A DNA stretch of 64,000 nucleotides from IMG/VR virus record IMGVR_UViG_3300036715_004471, positions 248,001 through 312,000 of that record, one strand, 5' to 3'. The notes beneath the pieces were generated by a model. That model had not been told where the DNA came from and searched no databases. It was given only the letters and a program-made list of their open reading frames with translations. The position numbers and the translations under genes are program-made. Of this stretch, positions 57,284 through 64,000 are shown one piece after another (the stretch's first letter is position 1; each line of letters opens with the position of its first letter).

Positions 57284-58611
57284 GTATTATCTATCATAGC
57301 GGCAGCACGATCGACAATTTTTTTACGAAGTCTATTCACATAAACCATTCCGCCCATTTGATAATGTGGGGGAATTCTTAAATGTGTTACCACTATTTCC
57401 TTACCTGGTATTATATCCTTCATCTTAAGTTTGGAAAATCCATACTCTTCAACATTATTTATAAGAGATTCTTTAGTATTTTTATCATAAACCGACAAAA
57501 GTTTGCCAATATAATATGGTTTAGTATAAGCTGCCTTACGACCACCAATATAGAATTCTTTTGTATTGTTTTTAACCTCTAACTTGTCAGAAACAATTCC
57601 ATCAAATTCGCTAATACCATCAAATAAAGATAATTCATCATCCAACAAAGATTCTATTTTGTAGATTTTACCATTCTTCTTAAAAGAATACGGTAATGAC
57701 TTCTCTAAAATGTTAATATATTCTTGGAATATTTTTTGCTGAAACCCGCCACTCCTACTGGCATGCAATAAATAATCCACCATTTCAATAGGATATTTAT
57801 CTAATAGTTCCAAAAACGCTTGATAACAACACAATTTATTATGAACAGTAAACTCAGAACTGGAGTATGCGACACTATTCATTTGAGAATTAATAACATC
57901 TTTCAACAAGATAACCTTGCCATTTAACTCTTGCAAAACTTCAATTTTATTTAAAATATCAATATCAGGATCGATAATGTTATTTTTCATGGAGGTACTA
58001 TTATCAATAGTTGCGTCTAAAATCAATTTTTCTGGATTTGATTGTATTGTTGGATGATTCATCCTTTTCAAGGATGACCAATTACCAACAAAACAACAAT
58101 CTAAATAGGGGCATGTCACTCTCATCAAATTATCTAAAGGATGAGGAATGAATCTTTCACAGTCAGCACAACGATATCCGTGTTTATTATGGCTAGCAAA
58201 TGTTTTAAACAGCGTAACCTTCTTCTGGTCAGTTGTCTGTTCTATTTTATCTTCGCAATCTTTACAATTGAAAAGCGTGCCAGATGTCAATATATTCTTA
58301 TTTTTAAAGAAAAGACACCCAGGACATAAATATTCCGTTTTCTTCTTAAAAGAAACAAATGCTCTTTTTTGACAAAAAGCATTAACAATATAAAACAAAT
58401 ATGATCCTAAATCTTGTTGCGGATCTTCTTTATTAAAAAAAGAAACACATCCGGTTTTCAATTCATCCATAACCTCAGCGATCATAGCTTGAATTGACAC
58501 CGGATTATCATTATGAAAATGTGTTCGATGAACAGTAGCAATACCTTGCTTATGTTCATCCAAAAACTGATTAACTAATGTATCAATATCTAATAAATTA
58601 TTAACTTCCAT
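57280..58611 (-). CDS. hypothetical protein with central multi-CxxC zinc domain
   Basis: CPGC, CKDC, CADC, CPYLDC; TAATG-coupled to the FtsK-like gene. Confidence 0.75.
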   Translation of the reverse strand: MEVNNLLDIDTLVNQFLDEHKQGIATVHRTHFHNDNPVSIQAMIAEVMDELKTGCVSFFNKEDPQQDLGSYLFYIVNAFCQKRAFVSFKKKTEYLCPGCLFFKNKNILTSGTLFNCKDCEDKIEQTTDQKKVTLFKTFASHNKHGYRCADCERFIPHPLDNLMRVTCPYLDCCFVGNWSSLKRMNHPTIQSNPEKLILDATIDNSTSMKNNIIDPDIDILNKIEVLQELNGKVILLKDVINSQMNSVAYSSSEFTVHNKLCCYQAFLELLDKYPIEMVDYLLHASRSGGFQQKIFQEYINILEKSLPYSFKKNGKIYKIESLLDDELSLFDGISEFDGIVSDKLEVKNNTKEFYIGGRKAAYTKPYYIGKLLSVYDKNTKESLINNVEEYGFSKLKMKDIIPGKEIVVTHLRIPPHYQMGGMVYVNRLRKKIVDRAAAMIDNT

Positions 58612-59609
58612 TATAGATTACCAAAATACTTACATACCTCAGCTGCATCAGTATATGCAATCTGAAATCTTTCTAAGGAACGAAAATTATCTCTAAGAAG
58701 AGCATCGCCTTTTCCCATAAGGTTTTCTGCTCCAACCGCGTCTAATACTACTTTACTATCTACATGACTAGCTACTCTACAAGCAATACGAGCTGGAAAA
58801 TTAGCTTTAATGGTTCCATTGATAATATTTACTGAGGGTCTTTGAGTAGCTAATATGATGTGTATCTTAGCAGCTCTGCATTTCTGCGCCAGCTTACAAA
58901 GTTTTCCATAAAATTCATTATTAGAATCTTGCACGATCAGATCTGCAAACTCATCTACAATAAGAACAATTGGTGGAAACTTTCGTTTGCTATTATCATG
59001 CATCATAGAATATCTGAATTCCATAGTCTCAATCAACATATCAAGTACATCCAAAGCTTCATGATACGAATATGATACATTAATATCATTACTTATCTTT
59101 TTATCATACTCGATAAATTCTACGCTTTTAGGATCTACTAAGAAAAGTTTCACCTTATTGTAATTGAAAAGATTAGCAATCAAATTGTGAAGCAATGTGC
59201 TTTTGCCTGAACCTGTGGTACCAGAAATAATTAAATGTGGATTTTGAGCTAAATCCATCCACATCCTCTGTCCATTCAAAGACTGCCCCAATAAGCACAT
59301 AAGATCACCACTAGGAATATCTGTATTGGTAAAATAATCAAACAAATTCAATACTTTAGTGCGAGGGGCAGCAAACTCTAACCTTACAATTCCTTCTTGG
59401 TGAAGGATTCTTACATTAGGTTTACTGGGTGAACGCAGAGCCAAAGATATCTCATCTACAAACTTGCTAATATCTTTTACTTTTGCTTGAGGCTTGAGGG
59501 TCAAATCATAAAAGAAATAATTATCTATAACCTGATAGTTAACACAACTTGCCTGAATATTGAAATTACGCAGTATTTTGTTGAAATCCTGCACATAGGT
59601 ATAGCTCAT
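58611..59609 (-). CDS. FtsK-like motor (alpha and beta domains only)
   Basis: PHLIISGTTGSGKS, IVDEFADL, ATQRPS, GAENLMGKGD; no TM or gamma domain. Confidence 0.9.
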   Translation of the reverse strand: MSYTYVQDFNKILRNFNIQASCVNYQVIDNYFFYDLTLKPQAKVKDISKFVDEISLALRSPSKPNVRILHQEGIVRLEFAAPRTKVLNLFDYFTNTDIPSGDLMCLLGQSLNGQRMWMDLAQNPHLIISGTTGSGKSTLLHNLIANLFNYNKVKLFLVDPKSVEFIEYDKKISNDINVSYSYHEALDVLDMLIETMEFRYSMMHDNSKRKFPPIVLIVDEFADLIVQDSNNEFYGKLCKLAQKCRAAKIHIILATQRPSVNIINGTIKANFPARIACRVASHVDSKVVLDAVGAENLMGKGDALLRDNFRSLERFQIAYTDAAEVCKYFGNL

Positions 59610-59662
59610 TACTTAACCATGCCCTTATTCTTTGATGGGAGGCTCTCCGAATTTTGTTGAAT

Positions 59663-60055
59663 TTAAAATTTGTGTTGCGATAGAATTGTGCGCAATTCTC
59701 CGGAAGTTGGAGAAATTATTCCCACTTTATTGCCAATCATAATTCCAGAAGAATTTATGGTGCCATGTGGGAATTCAATTACTAAATCACTAGTATCATT
59801 TGGTCCGATGGCAGAAGTACTATATGGTTCACCCTTATGAATCGCAATGATTTTACCAGCCTTACAAAAAACAATATCTAATGGGCTTGGAGTATTTTTC
59901 ATCCAAAATTTATTGTTTTGTGGAGATGGATAAACAAATGACATGACTGGCGGTGGCCATTCTACATTCATTAACCCTTGTTGCTGTTCCTGCTGAGAAA
60001 TAGCAAAATAAGTAGGAAAAACACTATCATCGACATAAATATAACCTTTACGCAT
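59663..60055 (-). CDS. DUF192 family protein
   Basis: QQGLM...FWMKNTPSPLDIVF. Confidence 0.85.
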   Translation of the reverse strand: MRKGYIYVDDSVFPTYFAISQQEQQQGLMNVEWPPPVMSFVYPSPQNNKFWMKNTPSPLDIVFCKAGKIIAIHKGEPYSTSAIGPNDTSDLVIEFPHGTINSSGIMIGNKVGIISPTSGELRTILSQHKF

Positions 60056-61578
60056 TATCTTCTGCCTTGATAAATATCAGCCAAATCTCTGTAACGTCTT
60101 CTATCTATTAGCTGTTGAAGACGTTTACGTTGATCATCATTTAAGTTTGGTCCATAATTGGTTATCTTACCAGAATCCAAAAGATCCATGAAAGGTTGAT
60201 CAAAACCTTTTCCTCTTAAAGTTCCTTCTAATCCATTCATCAAATGAACCATTCTTTTTAACTTAAAATCTACATCTCCAGCTAATTTCATCAAATGATC
60301 AACATTCATTTCCTTTTCTAATGAATCCATCATTGTATCTATAATTTTTCTAGCAGCATCCGCCGCATTATAGATATCTAATCTGTGAGCAGAAGTTTTA
60401 TCGAGTGGACTTATCTGATGCTTTAATTTACTTATCCATCTTTGGATGGCTAATTGTCCTACAGCCTCAAGATGCTCAGCAATTACAAAACCCTTAGCTT
60501 TTTTAGCTTCAAAAATTTCCTTGAAAGATTGTCCATTAGTTCCGTTAGCTGCATTAAGTTGAGCCAATACATTAGCATATTCTGTCGTAAGAATATCTCC
60601 AGTTTGATCTCTATATGGTCCCTTTTCTACCCTATACTTACCGATCAATCTAATCAATTCTTTCATATTGATGTCGGTAAAATTAGCAGAATACTTCTTA
60701 TAATCATCTATAATACCATCTGGTCCAGATGGTGGAGGAGATGGTACAGAAGGTGCTTGAACTGGTGGAGTAGCTACAGCAGAAACCGTAGAAGCTGTGT
60801 CTGGTTTTTTTGTCTTTGGAGAAGCTGGTTTGGCTGTATCAGTAACAATGCTATCACGACCATCTTCTTTAGAAGAAATTTCGCCGCCAGATTCAGATAA
60901 TCTTTCAAAATAAGTTTCATTATAAGCTTTAATTCCAGTTTTGAAAAAATCCCAATTGCCCATAATTTTAGTTAATAATCTATTACTAGTAAAAATACTT
61001 TCTGGCGAGCTTTCAACGATATAAGATTCTAGTCTTACTAAATCTTTATAGATTTCAACCGCTGACTTTAACATAGCCATTCTATATTTTCTTGTTCTAG
61101 CGGCAGGGCTTCTACCAACACTTGGATTAAGAAGGTGGGCAAAAAATCTAGTAAAAACATTAGATCCTAATGCAACCATTTCATATACTTCTGCCTGAGC
61201 AGCCAACTGCTTACTCAAATCTGTAGGCGAAGTATCACCTGCTGGTGGAACCGAAGGCATTCGAACCAATGTTTGTTTTGGTTGTTTCTTTTTTCTACTT
61301 TTTGAATAGCTTAATTGTTCTTGAACTAACGCATTACCTTTTTGAGCAATTTCCTGAAAATCACCCGCAAGGGCACCAATGATAGTGACCGGATCACCAG
61401 GAATTGGTTCCTTAATGGATGATTTTTCAGGATAGAACTTAGAAGGTTTGCCATTCATCATATCTTTAAGACGGAATAAGTTATCAGCAAATTCTGATAC
61501 TTGCTTATTCCAGATCTTTTTATTCTGCCTCAATTTCTCTTGAACAGGATCGGATGATGGTTTAGCGGTTTTAATCAT
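60055..61578 (-). CDS. large helical hypothetical protein with Pro-rich linker
   Basis: 507 aa; starts MIKTAK like head-module proteins. Confidence 0.75.
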   Translation of the reverse strand: MIKTAKPSSDPVQEKLRQNKKIWNKQVSEFADNLFRLKDMMNGKPSKFYPEKSSIKEPIPGDPVTIIGALAGDFQEIAQKGNALVQEQLSYSKSRKKKQPKQTLVRMPSVPPAGDTSPTDLSKQLAAQAEVYEMVALGSNVFTRFFAHLLNPSVGRSPAARTRKYRMAMLKSAVEIYKDLVRLESYIVESSPESIFTSNRLLTKIMGNWDFFKTGIKAYNETYFERLSESGGEISSKEDGRDSIVTDTAKPASPKTKKPDTASTVSAVATPPVQAPSVPSPPPSGPDGIIDDYKKYSANFTDINMKELIRLIGKYRVEKGPYRDQTGDILTTEYANVLAQLNAANGTNGQSFKEIFEAKKAKGFVIAEHLEAVGQLAIQRWISKLKHQISPLDKTSAHRLDIYNAADAARKIIDTMMDSLEKEMNVDHLMKLAGDVDFKLKRMVHLMNGLEGTLRGKGFDQPFMDLLDSGKITNYGPNLNDDQRKRLQQLIDRRRYRDLADIYQGRR

Positions 61579-61607
61579 ACACTATAATGGTACATTATTG
61601 CTAACCA

Positions 61608-62330
61608 TTATAATTCTGGATAATTATCCAATAACTTCTTAATTTCTTGACATTTAACAATTGAAAATTGGTTGTTTTCTCTAACTCCAGATTCCATATC
61701 TATATAATATGGTATTTCATCTGAATTTTCTTTTTCAATCAATTTAACAATTTTGACCACATTATCTGGTTTTATTCCACCAGCAAAACCAGTAAAAATA
61801 TCTGGGTCAGGAGGCGCTACTTGTTCAATTTCTCTTCCAAACCCACCAGACGAATCATTTAACCAGGAAAGAGATATCTCTCCTGTCGCTTGCATACGCT
61901 CCAAAAAGACTTCATTAAACTTCTTTTTAGTTCCGTTTTTTTGCAAAATGATACAATAGTTGTATTTCGAAGCCACTCTCAAGATGGAATTTGATAGTTG
62001 TTTGTGATCAGTATACTTCTTAATATTCAAATTCAATTGAATACGATTTGACTTATCACACAATTCCAAAACATGTAGATCTTCTATCAAAAATCTGTCT
62101 ATAGAAGATCCACATAAATGGATAGAATGGTAAACTTTATTTTCATCTGCCCAAGATAAGAATTTCTTACAAAGATCATGACCCGGGTATCTAGTATGAG
62201 TATCATTCTTAGAATCACTGTATAGAACACTAAATTCATAAGGAACATTAGCGTCCTTAAATTCCAATAGATCCTCAAATTTTGTTTGACGGTCTACTCC
62301 AACAAATGATACTAAAACTAGATTTTTCAT
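61608..62330 (-). CDS. TrpF/PRAI-like TIM-barrel protein
   Basis: HLCG, RIQLN, DSSGGFG, FAGGIKPDNV, IDMESGVR. Confidence 0.65.
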   Translation of the reverse strand: MKNLVLVSFVGVDRQTKFEDLLEFKDANVPYEFSVLYSDSKNDTHTRYPGHDLCKKFLSWADENKVYHSIHLCGSSIDRFLIEDLHVLELCDKSNRIQLNLNIKKYTDHKQLSNSILRVASKYNYCIILQKNGTKKKFNEVFLERMQATGEISLSWLNDSSGGFGREIEQVAPPDPDIFTGFAGGIKPDNVVKIVKLIEKENSDEIPYYIDMESGVRENNQFSIVKCQEIKKLLDNYPEL

Positions 62331-62911
62331 AAAACCTCGTCAATTATTCCATATTCTAATGCTTGTTTGACATCCAACCAAACATCTCTTGTACAATCTT
62401 GTTTAATCTTTTCTAATGGGTGACCAGTGTGTTTTGCCAACATCTTCATAATATTATCATTATTGTCTTTTAAAAATTGATAATAGTTCTTTGAATTAGT
62501 CATATCATGACCGGGGATTGGGAATCCGGCTTGAATACCATGAATCATGATTTTAGAATGTTTGAAAGCACATCTTTCTCCAGGAGTGCCTGCGGCTAAA
62601 ATTACTGCTGCCGCAGAATAACATTTACCCAAACAAACTGTTCTTACAGGAGATTTAATCATTTGCATGACGTCGTAAATATTGGTTAGCCCAGCAGCAT
62701 CACCACCATTACAATGTAAGTAGATAGATATTTCTTCGTCAGAAACATTATCATAATACAACAATAAAGCGGCAAGATCAGAAGCAGACTGCTTAGTCAC
62801 ATTCTCATTCAAAAAGATAATTCTATCCTTAGATAGTTTAATATAAGTTTCTGCATATCCAGGAAACTTAGGAGGCATTGCGTGCGCATGTTCGTTAAAA
62901 TTGATTGACAT
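62327..62911 (-). CDS. clpP: ClpP peptidase, catalytic triad intact
   Basis: CLGKCYSAAA (Ser), IMIHG (His), TRDVW (Asp); AAAGG before ATG 62911. Confidence 0.92.
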   Translation of the reverse strand: MSINFNEHAHAMPPKFPGYAETYIKLSKDRIIFLNENVTKQSASDLAALLLYYDNVSDEEISIYLHCNGGDAAGLTNIYDVMQMIKSPVRTVCLGKCYSAAAVILAAGTPGERCAFKHSKIMIHGIQAGFPIPGHDMTNSKNYYQFLKDNNDNIMKMLAKHTGHPLEKIKQDCTRDVWLDVKQALEYGIIDEVL

Positions 62912-62924
62912 GAAACAATACCTT

Positions 62925-63509
62925 TCACTTATTGAAGGAAACAACTTTATCAATCAAACCATATTTGGCTGCTTGATGGCAAGTCATAAACACTCTTCTA
63001 TTAAAATCTTCTGTTACTTGTTTATAAGTCTTACCAGAAGTTTTGGCAATGATTTCCATCATTTTTTTGTTGTCTCCCATAAACTGGTCTAGAACTTTTT
63101 TGGCGTCTGTTAAATCTGAATAATTAACCCAATCGTGAGTCAATTGATTAATGGCAATTACCGAATTTTTCGTAGCAAATCTCATACCGGGAGTGCCCGC
63201 ACACAGAATGAGTGCAGCTTCATCCATCGCAGATCCAATACACACAGTTTCGATGGGTGCTTGTACTAAACACATCATGTCATAAACCATGAGGACATTT
63301 CTAATGTCACCGCCTTCTGAATTTATGAAAAGAGTTATTTTAGTATTAGGATCTTCTGCATCCTTCAAAAGCAAAGTGGCTACAATATCTGTAGCCAATT
63401 TATCATCTATCACATCACAAACAAATAATATTCTATCATTTGAAAGCTTTTGATAGATATCAATAGGGATATCCCCATGCTCCGTAGCTTCTGTTACAAG
63501 AGTATTCAA
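62925..63509 (-). CDS. ClpP-like subunit lacking the catalytic triad (ClpR-like)
   Basis: CIGSAMDEAA (Ser to Asp), IAINQ (His to Asn), NRRVF (Asp to Arg); INSEGG retained; TTG start. Confidence 0.88.
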   Translation of the reverse strand: MNTLVTEATEHGDIPIDIYQKLSNDRILFVCDVIDDKLATDIVATLLLKDAEDPNTKITLFINSEGGDIRNVLMVYDMMCLVQAPIETVCIGSAMDEAALILCAGTPGMRFATKNSVIAINQLTHDWVNYSDLTDAKKVLDQFMGDNKKMMEIIAKTSGKTYKQVTEDFNRRVFMTCHQAAKYGLIDKVVSFNK

Positions 63510-63511
63510 AA

Positions 63512-63865
63512 TTAAGCTCTCTTTCTTTGTTTTACTTCGGCTTCTCTTTCTTCAGCACACAAAACGCAGGTTTCAAAACAAGGATTTGTTAATAACCTTT
63601 TTTCAGGGATATCATCATCACAATCCTCGCACAAACCATAAGTATTACTTTCAATCTTCCTTAGAGCATTGTTTATTAATGCAACTTTAGCCAAGTCTCT
63701 TGACGATAATTGATTGGCTATTTCAATCAGCAAATTGCCCTGAACCTCATCGGTTTCGTCGCCATCAGTGTCTATATCTGGCAGTTGATTTGCTTTAATT
63801 AATAACTCATTCTTTTGATTTTGTAAATCGTTTTTTATTTGTTGCAAGAAATCTTTATTTTTCAT
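63512..63865 (-). CDS. dksA: DksA/TraR C4 zinc-finger RNAP-binding protein
   Basis: Coiled coil with DETDEV tip; ALRKIESNTYGLCEDC...RL..NP...CVLC. Confidence 0.88.
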   Translation of the reverse strand: MKNKDFLQQIKNDLQNQKNELLIKANQLPDIDTDGDETDEVQGNLLIEIANQLSSRDLAKVALINNALRKIESNTYGLCEDCDDDIPEKRLLTNPCFETCVLCAEEREAEVKQRKRA

Positions 63866-63998
63866 CTTTAATAAACCTCAAATCACTAATGGGTGCTGTA
63901 ATTGTTCCTTTGGGAAAAGGGACTTTTTTATCGTCTGTCCTTTTAATAAAAATCAAATATGCATGGTTGACTGGTTCTTCTAACTTGAAGGCATTAAC
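63855..63998 (-). CDS. 3' end of a gene entering from the right edge
   Basis: Open frame ...VNAFKLEEPVNHAYLIF...RFIKDEK* overlapping the dksA start. Confidence 0.55.
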   Translation of the reverse strand, partial: VNAFKLEEPVNHAYLIFIKRTDDKKVPFPKGTITAPISDLRFIKDEK

Positions 63999-64000
63999 TA

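Noticed and set aside
43071-61591. 14-bp match TACACTATAATGGT at 43071-43084 and about 61577-61590 in opposite orientation
   Set aside because: Matches of this length are expected by chance in 64 kb of AT-rich sequence.
1-64000. Many plus-strand ORFs in the track (e.g. 67-564, 5535-5807, 13529-13930, 16995-17495, 27965-28357, 60454-60900)
   Set aside because: Antisense shadows of long motif-bearing minus-strand genes; no motifs of their own.
1-64000. Alternative genetic code (TAG/TGA reassignment)
   Set aside because: Conserved genes (dnaE, recA, topA, terL, sbcCD) are full-length in code 11 and coding density is high.
1-64000. tRNA genes, CRISPR array, inteins or introns
   Set aside because: No cloverleaf or repeat-spacer pattern in the short intergenic gaps; no intein-sized insertions in DnaE, TerL or RecA.

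Overview
AT-rich, gap-poor segment of a large (jumbo/huge-type) tailed dsDNA bacteriophage genome in the standard genetic code. About 85 genes, all but three on the minus strand. Three modules: (i) 1-20.6 kb head/packaging (probable prohead protease at the left edge, portal, GpA-type large terminase, many Pro-rich unknowns, plus an embedded Tyr/dual-specificity phosphatase, a glucosaminidase and a class II tRNA-nucleotidyltransferase-like gene); (ii) 20.7-35.5 kb replication/recombination (sigma-region-4-only protein, primase core, DnaJ, RuvC-like, SSB, RecA, DnaE); (iii) 35.6-64 kb accessory and host-like genes (M41 peptidase domain, trigger factor, PD-(D/E)XK nuclease, SbcCD, a separate primase-type zinc finger, redox-dead thioredoxin, PDF-SEC-C fusion, MT-A70 methylase, bS21, AAA ATPase, TopA, FtsK motor, ClpP plus a catalytically dead ClpP, DksA). 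At least five free-standing homing-type endonuclease genes; three show insertion scars or start-occluding hairpins. No tRNA, rRNA or CRISPR array seen. Best leads: a shared C-terminal K-x-[K/R]-AFW tag on three otherwise dissimilar proteins in a genome that also encodes a ClpP/ClpR-like pair and a nascent-chain toolkit; a CCA-type enzyme whose EDxxR template motif is SNxxR; a recurring K-T-A motif in head-module proteins; a split primase; a decayed mini-paralog of the putative small terminase. All family calls come from motif recognition by eye; no database searches were run. Several starts were moved from the ORF track to a downstream ATG with a better ribosome-binding site or less overlap.
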